Shown piece by piece: positions 41,349 to 55,565 of a stretch of DNA of 64,000 nucleotides; position 1 is the first letter of the stretch; every line of letters begins with the position of its first letter. A program made the translations under genes and the position numbers. The notes beneath the pieces were generated by a model. That model was not told where the DNA came from and did not search any database. It saw only the letters and a program-made list of their open reading frames with translations. Source of the stretch: the human T2T-CHM13v2.0 reference genome, Homo sapiens; NCBI RefSeq assembly GCF_009914755.1, contig NC_060943.1. One strand, given 5' to 3'.

Positions 41349-44300
41349 TCATTCTCCCACACCCTGGGAGCAGTGGGGAACCCTGTATGCGACTTCACAG
41401 CACACCACGCTCCGTGTGAGCTATTAAAGACCCACCACGCATCCTCGTCTTTCAGTGACACTTTCCTGAAGAAATAATACAATCTGGAATTTGCTACAGA
41501 ATCATCCCCTAGGGTGAGTGACAGGAGGGGGATGGGTGAAACAAAGTCACATGGCTGTAAGCAGCTATCTACTGAAGCAGGATGGTTACCTTTCTCTACT
41601 TTTATGCTTGAAATTTCTCACAAATAAAGATGAGAAAATACATCTATTTCCTAGCATTTGTTTGGGAGAGTTCACTGATCTAGAAGGACTGGCAGCCATC
41701 TAAAGGGGAAGTGAGCAAATAGCTGTTTCCAACTCCTCATAGTGGCTTCACTGTCCACCATCTGGCCCCTGAGTGGGGCAGCAAGGGCCGAGGGCTGGGT
41801 AGGATGCCACCTCCCTCCACGTGAGCCTGTCTCAAGTCTCAGGCCTCCTAACTGATTTGAACTGCACAACACCATCTATCTGGTGAGACCCCAGGAGCCC
41901 CTCACCAAGCTCCCCTACTCTGGTACTGGGCTGCTGCTTAACAGACCTGGTGCAGAAACAGCAGGCACCCCTGGGGCTGGAGAGGGGAGCTCTGAGTACC
42001 CATGCCAGCTGTCCATCCCGGTCCGACTCTCAGGTGTCCTCACGCCTCTCTTCTAAAGGAAACCACAGAGAGCCCGAACCAGGGGCACACGCTAGGTCGA
42101 CAGTTCCTTCCTGCAGGGAGAGGCCTGACCTGTACCAGGAAGGAGCCCAGGACAGCCACCACCACAGAGAGGACAGGCCCTCAAGTGGCCCAGACCAGGA
42201 GGGAGGACTTGGCAAGAAGGGGTGGGGGCTAGGTCACTCTCTTCCAGAAGGGGAGAAACATAACAATGAGCCAGCAGTAACCCAGGGAAGGGACAGCCGT
42301 CACTCCAGGACCTGCCCAGCCCCAGTCAGCACCACCTCCCTCCCATCTGCGATCCACATCCTATGGCTCTGGGCACAGCTGAGCCACAGGACACAGCCAC
42401 TCAGAACTTTCTTTCCAGGTTTCCCTCAAAGGCCAGCCAGCAGCACTCCTCTGTGGCCCTGTGAAACCCAGTGACACCTCTGACCCCTCCGGAGTCCGGA
42501 AGACTAGACTCTTCTGAAAACCCACCTACGACAGGGTGCGTGGAATCACCTTTCAAACCAAACTCCTGTCGGCAAATATTTTAATTGGGCCACGGCATGT
42601 GTCCGAGTTTTTCTTCTGTGAAGAGGATCACTGGGTCTGAGTGCAAAGCTGGGGCCTGTTCAGTGGAGTGGACCCGCTACTGGCCAACCTCTTCCTCGCT
42701 TTATTACAGGGGTGTGTAAGTAAAACCCTCAGGCCCTGAGTAATTACTGCTGGGGATTTCCAGCCCTGGTCTGAAACAAGGAACTGAGACTGAGTTTTGA
42801 GTCCCAGCAGCCCCTTGGCTTGCCTCTCCATTTTCTCCACATCTGAACTGTTCCCACCCCGCCTGAGATCCCCAGCCTCTTGGGAATGCAGCTGTGGTAG
42901 CAAAGGGGAAACCCTGTGCTGCCCAAGGTCTGACCAACCAATAGTCCCAAGGGTGCTGAGCCTGGGCAGGCCCAACCGGGCACAACTCGCACAGGACCAT
43001 CACTGGTGGGTTGCCCTTGTGCCAAGTTCTTTCACGTCATCCTCACAAGCGCACTCTACAGATAAGGTAACTGAGGGCCAGGAAGGTAATGGAGGTCCCG
43101 GGTAGACCACACAGCTAGAAGATGGTGAGGCCTGGCCTTCCACTAGCCTGACATGGCTACCAAACACACAGGGCCCATCTGGTGCTTTGAGTAGGTGGGG
43201 TGAAGGGTACCAGGTGCCACCAGCCTGTGGTGATGTCGGCACTCTGTAAAGACTCTCCTGACGTGCTCCTGCAGTGAAATGCACAGGTTACAAACAGTTC
43301 CTTGAACCCACACAGGGCCACCTCCACGGTCTCCGTGTTGTCTATGCCTTGTCCCCAGGATGCCTGAGAGGCAGGACCAGGGTGACCCAGGCATGCACGG
43401 GCCACCACAGCAGGGCTTCAGATGGCACTGGAGCCCACTCCCCACCGGGCTGGCCCTGGGAACAGTGCACATGGAGCACAGACTGCAGTTCTGCACTCCC
43501 CCACCTCGGTGTCCGGCCAGCCTTCCTGACCACCCTGGACGGTGGGCGGCACTGCCCTGGCAGCCTGTGGGCCCGCACCTGTGCCCCACAGCCCACATAA
43601 CCTGCTCCTTGGGCTCAAAACAGCCCCTGCTGAGGCCTCAGTGGCAAAGCACCTGTAAAAACCGGTTCACTTTAAAAACAACAATGGGGATGTTGTCGGG
43701 TTTTTTTTTTTTTTTTAATGCAGAATGGTCTAGACAGTAATTTACAAAAACTACTTAGCTCAAAAGACTGTGGAAGTGTTCATCAGCAAGCAAGCTGTCC
43801 TTCCAAACCCAAACATGCCACAGATGGCACCCAGAAACAGACAGTCTGCCTTCAATGTGCTAAGCATTCTAATGCCGTCCGCGGCTGAGTCACCTCGCCC
43901 ACCCCCCAACCCCCAACACACAGTCGTGTCTGCTGAGGACACACGGGTGAATCAAACAGGGCTTTGCTGGGAGAGTGTGTGTCTGTGATTTGGTTCCCGC
44001 CACACCAAGTCTTCCTGCTTCTGACAAACTCCGCACGTGTTCCCAGGCAGCTGGGAGCCAAACTGCCTCTGGTGCAAGTCAGTACAAGAGGCGGCACCTG
44101 CATCCCCACCCCACCTCCACCCCAAGACCCCAGCTCTGCCCTCCCTCTCAGCTCTGGAAAGCGCAGCCCTGAGGGGTGCTGCTGTGCTTACCCTCAGGCG
44201 GGCCCCACCCTGCACTCTCCGCTCAGCCTCATGGGGCTGGTGCAGGTCCACCAGGCTCTGCCCAGTGAAGGCACCTTCCTCTGAGGGGACCTCATGGGAG

Positions 44301-46059
44301 CCTCAAACCCCAGGGGCAAAGCCTCAAGTTCACAGCTTCTCAGAGGAAGAATGACACTGGGAGGAACAATGACGGGAAGGTGCATGTCTCGGCCACAGCC
44401 ACCAAGCTCACCACTTGAAAAGCACTTCCTGCTGGGGCCCTCCTGCTACTCCCAGGAGCAGCCGGCCACCTGAGTGGTCTGTCATGTCCATGTGGCCCTC
44501 CCTGTCCTGCAGCCACAGCTCCTGTAATGCTTGGGCAAGTATGCAATTGCATGCTACAACTCAGCCCGGGGGACGGGAAATGCCACCTGAGTACAGGCAG
44601 CACGCGGAGCCCTGACTGAACCCCATGAGCAACTCAGAAAGAGGAAGCCCAGGGCTTGGGGCAGAAGTAGGAGCTCCATCAGTAGGCATGCCTGACTTCT
44701 GCAGCGAGGGAAACTTGCAGATGAAGCCAGGAGGCAGGCAGCGCTGCTCTCCACAGCCACTGCCCCCACAGCGTCCTTCCCTCCCACTTTCTGTTTTTAG
44801 CAGCTCTTCCCAACCAAACTACCAACCTAGACTCTCCTGACCTCTGCTTCAGGTCTGCAGAACTTACGATTCTTACTGCCATTTGGCCCTTTGTGAAGGC
44901 ACAAGAGCTCTCAAAGCTCATCTGTAAATTGACTCGTTGCTACGCGGATAGAACTGGAGCAGTGGGAAGCCAAGCGGAGTCCTGGTGATAGCACGCTGGG
45001 TGGGGGCTTCTCCCTCTCAGCCTCTCTCTTCTAGGAGCAGCTGATAAGAATGCCAGCTGCAGAAGACTGGAAATGACCCAACATCCTCGGGGGAAACACA
45101 CACACAGTGCTCGGCCCATATATGTTCCGCCAAAGACAGAGCCCAAATAAGAACGAGCCAGCTTTTCAGGAATCAACAGGGAACAACCTTCAAGAGACTG
45201 CCAAGCACAGAGATGCACACAACAGCGCACCCTGTGCCGCCGCCTGGAAGATCCTAGCTGAGGCTGGGCAGACAAGGACCTGATGGTTGAGCCGCGCATA
45301 GCTGTAGCAGGGGACCGCACCTGGCCTCCAGCACTGACGCAAGCAAGACCTATCACTGACTGGAGCCCAGTTCCTCCTCTGAGAGCATGAGAAAACCACA
45401 AGATGGTGTCTGTAGAGCATGAATGGTGTGCTGGAGACCACGCCCCCAGGGGCCAGGCCACGAGGACCCGCACACTGCACTTTCTGCTGGGCTGCTCTGT
45501 GGTCTGTAAGATCCATTCAGGCAGGGCAGTGCCCAGCACGGTGCCTGGAGGCAGCCTCAGAGGCCCATTGAGAGAGGAAGCCGAAGGAGAGCAGCCCCCC
45601 GCCTGCCTGTCCAATTGGGCTGCTGTAAGATCCTGAGAACTAGTGACCTTCTAGAATTCCCCGAGACAAGTCATCAAATGCTCTCTGAGCACCGACTGCA
45701 CACAGGTGCTCTACCAAACTCTGGGCCCGCTGGATGCTGGGAGGGGGCGTTAGGATCCCTGTGTACTGACCCGGAGGAGTAGACAGAGATAGCCAAGGTC
45801 AAGAACAGAAGCAACAGATAAAATGCCACCACTGAGGCTCTCACCCAGGCTGCCAGGAAACCCCAGGGGAGGACTACACTTGGCTCAGGTCCAGGGCCAC
45901 CCCTTCCCCCACAGCTCCTGGGCTCTGTGTGGAGCTGGAGGGACAGGAGTGGGCACAGGGGCCTTCTCATTGGGCATTCCTGCAACGAGGGCCACGGTGC
46001 AGAGAACCAAGGACACTGTCACCCAAGAAAGAGTCTGGTGACTCTGTGGATCCCATGGT

Positions 46060-46570
46060 AACCACCATTTAAGGATGGACACTCACGCTATGATCCAGCA
46101 ATTCCACTCCAAGCAGCACCTACAGAAATGCACTCAGAGCAGCTGTATCAGAACAGCCCCAACTGAAAACAGCCCACGCAGCCACCAACAGAACACCGAA
46201 TAAATAAATCATGGTCTGTCCATTCAATGTTGGATGAACAAACTGCTGCTACACATAACCTCAAAGACAAATCTCAAAACAACGTTGAGTCAAAGAGCCA
46301 AACACAAAAAAACACATTTTTTTTTTGTCCTGGATTAAAAGGTCAAAAGCAGGCAAGACTTCTAGATGGTGAGAGCAGTCAGGGTAGTGGCAGGCAGAGA
46401 ATGACTAGGAGAGGACGTTGAAGATGGCTTCAGGGGAAAGGCTCTGTTCCTTAACCTGGGTGGACTGGGGTTCTCAGATGTGTTCATAAATGTTCATTCA
46501 GCTGTAAAACTTGGGACTTGTACACTTTTCTAGATGTATATTTTCTAGACTATATTTACAAAGGTTGTTA
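46060..46570 (+). mobile_element. Old L1M (L1ME/MC-like) 3' fragment
   Basis: tatgatccagcaattccactcc...aataaatcatgg...ctgctacac...aatctcaaaacaacgttgagt, typical of L1M 3' ends. Confidence 0.6.
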
Positions 46571-47544
46571 AAAATAACCTACTGTGTGTGAATTCCATGA
46601 TCTTAGAGGCCACCTCATCCTACAGAAACAGATGGTGAAGCTGTCAGGGTTGTGGAGGAGGGGGAGGTGTTGGCAAAGCAGCCCCTCGTTCCCCACGGCC
46701 CAGACCCTCTGAGAGCCCCACAGAACAAGGTCTGAAAACAGCTTCAACACAAGCCCTGGCCACCTCTACAACACACAGTGATGCAATGTGCACTGCACTT
46801 CACTGCTCACTGAGAAACGTGTCTGCACTCTCCTGCCCTGGATGGGACTGAGGAGGACAAGGGCACTCTGAAGCTTCCCCGGCAGGAGTACTCAACAGAT
46901 GAGTGTCCCCAGGAAGAAGTGAGCACTAATGCTACTGGAAAGAGGCAGGCAGGCAGCACCCACTGGGCATGGTGCCAGCACCCTGCAGGGCACTGGGGTC
47001 TTGCCACACCATGGTCTCCCCTGAGACCACAGATACGCCCCCTCCACCCCCAACAGGTATTAAGCCACTTTCCCATCCAAGAAGCCAGGGTGCCAGCTGG
47101 CCACAGATTCGTTACTAACCTAACCTGCTACCCCATGCAGCCAGCACACACCTGCCTCCCTGCTCCACTGTGACACAGGACACTTTAGGATGAGGCAAAT
47201 CTGCACATCTATACAGCGGAAAAGGACAGTGAAGAAATGCCTCTTCTACTCCTAGTTTGCTGAGAGGTTTTATCAGGAATAGATGTCTGATTTTGTCACA
47301 TGCTTTTCCTGCATGTACTGGGATGATTATAAGGCTTTTCATTTCTGGCCTTGTAATATGGTTGATTACACACATTTTCAAATGTTATCTGCCTCCCTTG
47401 CTTTAATTTCAGCTCCCTTTCTTTGCTACCTTGATTGTGGTGTTGGTGTTACTGATGTACTTACAAGTTAAAATTTATCAAATTATATACTTCTGCTATG
47501 CGCAGTTTATTGTATGTCAATTATATCTCAATAAAGCTATTAAT

Positions 47545-47883
<339 letters not shown>

Positions 47884-48694
47884 GCTATTAAAAAAACACC
47901 CATGGAGGCAGACAGATGCAGCAGGTCCTAGGAAAAGTAGGAGGGATGGCAGGCAGAGAGAAGGACTGCTTCTTTGTTAGAGAGGGGAACCAGATGCCAC
48001 CTGGGTTTGTCCTCCCTGGGGAAGGAGGGTGGGCCCTTTGGGGAGGCTCCTTCTCTCCTCAGTAGAAGGAGAATGACTGTCACGCCTAGGATCTCAGAGG
48101 GACTGTAAGGACTGAAAGATACACTTGAGAATGCACACAATGCACTCCCCATCTCAGACCAGACTCCTGCAGGCATCAGTAGGCACCTGCTTTTTCCTTC
48201 TGGGACATTCTGTATGCACCCACAAACACTTGTGCACTGCACTGATTAGGCATCCTAATTGTAGCTTTGGAAAAAAGCTGTAGCTGAAGCTGGGTCACAG
48301 TGTCCTATGAGCTGTGAAATAAAATGCCAAGCAGCCACCAAGCCACTTCCCAAGGCTGAACTTACACACACACCCCCTTGTATGCCTACCTATAGGGTTT
48401 GGTCATACTTCACTGGAGACCCAGGTGAAGGAACCAACTTCCTACACTCGAGAAAAGGCCAGCGGCTGCAGACATCTGCAAAGTCTTGGGCAAACGACAG
48501 TCTGCTCTCCCCAAAACATGGTGCAAGCAATGATGCTGGATCCATCCTCCTGACCTGAAAGTAGCCACGGTGCGTCTGACAGAGTCTTTTCCCTCCTAAT
48601 TCCGCATGGTTTTCTCCTATGGGAATTAAGCTCCTAGAGTGAGAAATCTGTCTGAAATCCTGACTTTCCCCGCTAGAGAGCTGATCTAGATCCT

Positions 48695-48840
48695 TCCTAT
48701 TCAAGTGTGGCCTAGGGGTCAACAGCACGGGCATCACCAGGGAGCTGCTTTGAAACGCACAATCCCCATCCCCATCCCCCCTAGACCTCCTGCATCAGAA
48801 GCTGCATTCCAACAAGCCCTCAAGGAGGCCCAGCCCCACA
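48695..48840 (+). mobile_element. MER5A-like hAT-Charlie fragment
   Basis: caagtgtgg...cagcacgggcatcaccagggagct...agacctcctgcatcagaagctgcattccaacaag. Confidence 0.55.
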
Positions 48841-51800
48841 GGGATGATGGGCAGAGGCACCCAAGGCTGTGGGCTCTGCTTGGCACCATGTGCCCAGCTG
48901 CAGCCCTGACCCCTACTTCTGTGGCCAGCCAATCAGAGGCTCCCTGGTAACACTCCTGGCACCACCTGCACCCTGCTTTCCAGAGTCCCTCCCAGGTGTG
49001 ACTCATCCAATCCCTCTGACAACTGTAAACCCTGAGGGGGTGTGATGTGCCCAAGTTCCATCTGCAGGAGGGGACTGCAGAGTCCATACCACGACCCCAC
49101 AGAGCCCACCAGGCACAGCTGTGGGGCCCTGTCCCGTCCCATGCCAATCTCAGAGAAAGCCTCTCCCGATGGTGGTGTGACAGGGTCCAGACAAACCACA
49201 ACAGGATGAAAGGACAGGAAATATCCAGGCTGGTGGGGGACGTACCGCCACCAACCAGCAATGGCCACTGTCAGGGACAATGGCATCTGGCAGAGGCTGG
49301 GGAGCTCCCAGAGGATGTTAGCAAATCACGCCACACATGTCCCTTCCAAACAAAGTTCAGCAGCAGCAGGTCTCACCCGCTCGCCTAGGCATGACATGTG
49401 GAGCCTGTCACCAGCTTCATAACCAGTGTCCCCACCTTCATCCACTTGGCTCCCAGAGCTCCTGGTCAAAACGGCACCCCCTTCTTCTAAACCTCAAAGC
49501 CGGTGTTTCTAAGATAATTCCACTTCAGCTCCAATAAGGACCTGAGTAGCTTCTGCGGGCTGGACCGATGACCAGTTATTGCAACTGGGGACATTTTCTA
49601 AGGGCAGATGATGGCTGTCTTGGTTCCAATCAACTGCCTTACAAACCACTGCCCTGGAATGCAACTGTTCCAAAGGCGGCATCACTCAACCCTCTGTTTT
49701 AAAAACACAAGTCAACGAAAATAACAAGTTGCACCACCACCCCCAACTCACAGCCAAACCTCCCACAGGACTGGCCGAATTCTGCCCTGCTTGGCTGGCG
49801 CCGACTCTGTAGGTGGGCCAAGCAGGCAACTGATGCCCACCAATCCAGACACCAGCACCTGGTCCCCAGGAGGGCCACCAGCCCACAGCCTGCAAGGAGA
49901 AAAGAAGAAATCCTCCTACGGCCCTCAGTGACATCTCATAGACCCAACAACCTGATGCCGAGGTGCCTATCCGAAGTCACTGCATATTTCATCGGCACCC
50001 TCTGGCCCAGGCTGTGCAGAGGACAGGGCCAAATCACCACCTCACCATTCACTGGGTCTGGAAAGCAAGCCCTTTCCAGCAAGGGAGAGGCAGGGAGGCA
50101 TGAGGGAGCTCCTCCCCTGGTCATCTGGCTCACAGAGCTCTTCCTCCCACCTGCCCACACATCTGCTCAGACTTTCTTTAGCCCTCACTGCCTGCAACAC
50201 ACCCGCTTTCTCACATGTGGTCCAGCCTCCACCTGCAGGTCTGCTCCTCAGGTGCAGGGACCTTGGTTTTGTTCACTGTTGCCTCCTAAGTGCCTAGAAC
50301 AGTGCCTGGCAACTAGCAGGGACTTGATACATGCCAAATGATGGGTGGATGAAGTCCCTCATCCACGGTTGCTGGCCACCATGTTCACTCCAATATCACA
50401 AACATCTCAGGGGTCTCCCTCTGTGGCAAGTCAACACCTAGAGAGCAAACACGCTTTGTCCCGTTGTCAGCTGTCACCTGCACTGGCCATCCCAGAGGAT
50501 CATGAGAACACAGTGACTCTTGGTGGTCCTCACAAAGCTTCATCAAAGTCCAGGTCAAGGGTGCCATCTCTGAGTGGGTCCTGGAGATGCTGCTAGACAG
50601 AAGGCCACCTCTCCTGTCCCTCCAAAGCTGTGGTCAATGGTGGCACTGGCTCTGCTGCTCTCTCTCAGGCAAACATGTTTGCTCAGCAAGGCTCAACGTG
50701 TTTTGAGAGAGCCTTCGTTTTCAATGCAGAGGTCCTGGAAGTTACTATGACCACACAAATTTTCTCCAGTTTACCTTCTTGGCAATCCTAAAGCTATTCC
50801 AAATTGTTATATAAGGAGGGAGAAGGGAAGCCACATGAGATTTTTGCAAAGCCACGAATTAAAGCAATGTGGAAATTAAACCTAACAATCCACTGTGGTT
50901 AACTCAGTGACAGGATTATCCATATAGTGGCGGCACAGTGTGGCAAGGCAGGGAGAGTGGAAGCTTGCTGGTAGAAGCCTGTGTTATCTGCTGGCTACAG
51001 TGAGGGCACACTCAAGGGCCACCAGGGCTCCTGAGGCCACTTGCCGCCGAGAGCCAAATCAACCACTTCCTTCCTTTCCCACTAAAGGCTAGGCAGCCCC
51101 TGGTGGCTCTGGGGAAAGCCCAGCCACACAGCAGTGGCCCCAGTCAAGCCCCAAGTGGGGTGGAGCGGATCTCACCGGTACTTCCTGCTGTGGACCTGAA
51201 CCACGCGCATCTCACAAGTGGGGAAGGGGCAGCGAAACCAACCTGAGAGGCCATGATTTGGCCTGGGCTAAATGCCAGAGGACACCCTGCAGCGAGACTC
51301 GTGCTCCCTTGTCATGACATGTCCAAGGCAAGGTGGGGTCTGAGCTGGGTTCTAGGAGAGGCACTGAAGTGGCCTGCAGAGGTGGCAGACCACTGGACAT
51401 GGAGAAGGTTCATTTTTCACCACGGTGAAGATGAAGAAGGGGGAAAAAACCAGAACTTTCTTCATTTGCTAACAGCACCTCTTCAATATTTTAAACCTTT
51501 TTTAACTTAAAAAAAAAATCTGGTTTCCCCCACCTTCATCTTCACCACACAAGTGCTGACAGTCAACCACAGCCACAGAAAATGCAACAGTGCAATTAAG
51601 GGCAGGAACGCATGTTTTTACTACACCCTAAGGCAGCATTAAAAAGTGCTGGCTCTGGACCCTACCTGTCACCACACCAAAACGGCTCTACCCAGGGAAC
51701 CTGTCACCAAAGCCAGGGACCCATCAGCCTGCCTCGGCCTCACCTCTCAGAGCAGTTCCTCGAATCCAGGGCTGCTCCTTCCTCCTGAACTCTGCTCCTG

Positions 51801-54506
51801 CCGGTGGCCCCTCTACAGTCTCAACTTCCTCCACTTGGGGCTCCTCAGGCCCCAACCCCAGATCCTTCCTCCCTCACTGCGGATTCACACTCCAGGAGCA
51901 GTGGCAGCACCCCCCATGTAGGAAAGCCCACAGTCCAGGAGTCACCTCCAGTAGGTGCCTCTGCGTTGGACCCCTGTTTCAAAGCCCTGAGATGGTTGAC
52001 CCCAGCCCTCCTCAAACCCAACTCGTGACACGTGCGCACCTCTTTCCAGCTCTGTGACTGTCTAGACACTCTGACCACATTGGGCCTAATGCTGTGCTGA
52101 CCGAGCACACCGAGGGAAGCAAGAAGGGACCTGGTGACTTGATTGTGCACGTGCTCTCACCCTGCCCCTGTGGTCTTCCTCTCCTCTGAGAGCATCTACT
52201 GAGCCACTGCTGTTGTCAGATGTGCGCTGTCTTGAACCCCAGCAGCCTCAGGAGGTGAGATGAACATTGTCATTGCACAAATGGACACCTGGAAACTCAG
52301 GAAGGGATGACATCCTGTGGTGGCTTCAGGCTGAGAGTGCCCAGCAGACCCAAGAATGGAGACCAGTGCTCAGGTCTGACCTCAGAGGCCAAGCTCTGCA
52401 CAGAACAAAGTGTGGAGCCAACTCACACCCTTCACTCCCCCAACAGCAATGCTTTCCTGGGTGACTTTCCCGTCCTAGTCCAGTGCCAGTAACAATTATA
52501 TCACTGCATCACAGATACTGCATTCTTTTTTCATTTAACACTTCTTGTTGCTACATAATCTTCAAGATCATGTCTAACAGCTAAATGTTCTATTAATGTA
52601 TCATAATTCCCTTAACCTTCTCCGATTGCTGGGCAGTTCACTTCTTTCTAGGTTCTCCTGCTGCAACCAGTACTGGAATGAACATCTTCAAACATGCTTC
52701 CTTCTCTCATTTTTTCCTTAGGAATCAATTCCCAGGTGTTAAACTTTACTCCAAGAGAGTTCAAATACTGTCATGGCAACTGGTACTGCCTCAACTTTTT
52801 TCTTTTTGTTTTTCTTGAGACAGGGTCTCGCCCTGTTGCCCAGATTGGAGTGCAGTGGCACCATCGTGGCTCACTGCAGCTTCGACCTCACTTGAGCTCA
52901 AGTGATCCTCCTGCCTCAGCCTCCCCAAGTGCTAAGATTACAGGCAAGCCACTGTGCCCAGCCATGCTTCAACTGTTTTTGGCTCTTGGCTTCCACAGTG
53001 CAATGACCCCATCACAAAAGGGAGGGAGAAAGCAGTTAAATCTGCTGTGCCCTGCCAAGGGTCCCAGAAAGCAACCCCATGCTGCGTCAGAGCTGTTATC
53101 CTGCCCTCCTTATGTTTCCCTTGACTCTGCACAGGTATGGCAGTGTGTCTCCAAACGTGAAGGCCAGTCAGGCAAGAGAGAGGATCTGGCACAGACATTC
53201 ATAAATAATTTCCTAGGACTGGCACTGAAGCCATACTGCCCACAATTGCTGACCACAGCCTCAGCCATCGAGTGCATACGTGGGACACCTCCTTGCGTGG
53301 AGAGATGCAGACAACTCGGCTGCACGCTGCCACACCCAGCTCTAACTCAGACAGGCATGTGTCAATGCCATTGTTGCTCTACCTGGAGCAGGTTACATTC
53401 CTTCAGGAACATGCTGGCACAGGGTGGGGATGTTCCTGGGATGCTGGGCAGGATGCGGGGTTGAAGTGGAAGAGGCAAGAGCAGATCTAGCCCCTCTTCC
53501 ACGCCACTCCCTTCGCCCTTCACAAAGGAACGGGGTGACAGGACCTGGGGTAAGGTCTTCCAAGACTCCTCCAGGTGTCTTGGGCAAAGTGAGGCCCTGG
53601 ACGGGGTTCCACAGCCTAGCCACTTCCCATCTGCTGGCTTCCCAGCCTGTAGCCCTTGCACGGCACACTGTGCCACAGCCCCAAAGTTGCAAACAAATGG
53701 CCAAGAATGAGGTGGGCCAACTTGCAGCAGTTCATATTCCAACCTCACAAGAAGACCACCACTCCATCACGAAGTCCTATATCTCACAGACCACGCCCAC
53801 ATGGTCAGAGGGTGACAGATGCCAGAGGGGAACAGTGCCCCCAGGTTCATGAGAACACCAAGCCTGAGCCCGAGCATGTCTACCAGACAGGGCCAAGATG
53901 GTGGCAGAGCCTAGATCCTTCTCTAGGAACTCTGGGTTCTTCTGGGACACGGGTACAGTACAAAAGCTGTAGCCTGAGATGACAACCTCAGCTATCAATC
54001 CCACGTCCCTGTGCCCAGCACTGCCAGCTGACAATAATCTCAATTCAGAACAGCCTCAAAAGCAAGTTAAGTTTCCCCCACTTCACAGGCAGTGCAGGAC
54101 CCATTCAGGGCTCTCCTGCTACTGTTATATACCAGATCCCAGTATGACACATTCTCCGACATTCCCACTTTCCTAGTTTATTTCAGCAGCACCTCTTGAG
54201 GCAAGAAGTCAACTTACCACTGTTGTTTCACACCGCACTTCCTAAACAGGTAACATTTAAGGTTAGACAACAGAAACAACACACCAAGACAATCATGCCT
54301 GGGTGAGCATCAGGTTAAGTTTGTTTGCAAAGTTTGCCATCGGAAAATATGAAAGGAGGCACACACCAACACGGTCCTGAGTTCACCCTCTCTCTCCTGG
54401 TTCCCAGCAGCACACAGAGGTGCGTCCGGCTCTGTGGGCTGCTTGGTGCAGCCTTCGTTTACCCTTTGTTCTTGCCACATCAGAGCCAGCCACTTTCTAA
54501 GGCTGG

Positions 54507-55565
<1,059 letters not shown>

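Noticed and set aside
46779-46787. TGATGCAAT (ATF4 CARE/AARE consensus)
   Set aside because: A 9-mer is expected about 0.5 times by chance in this window, and there is no supporting context.
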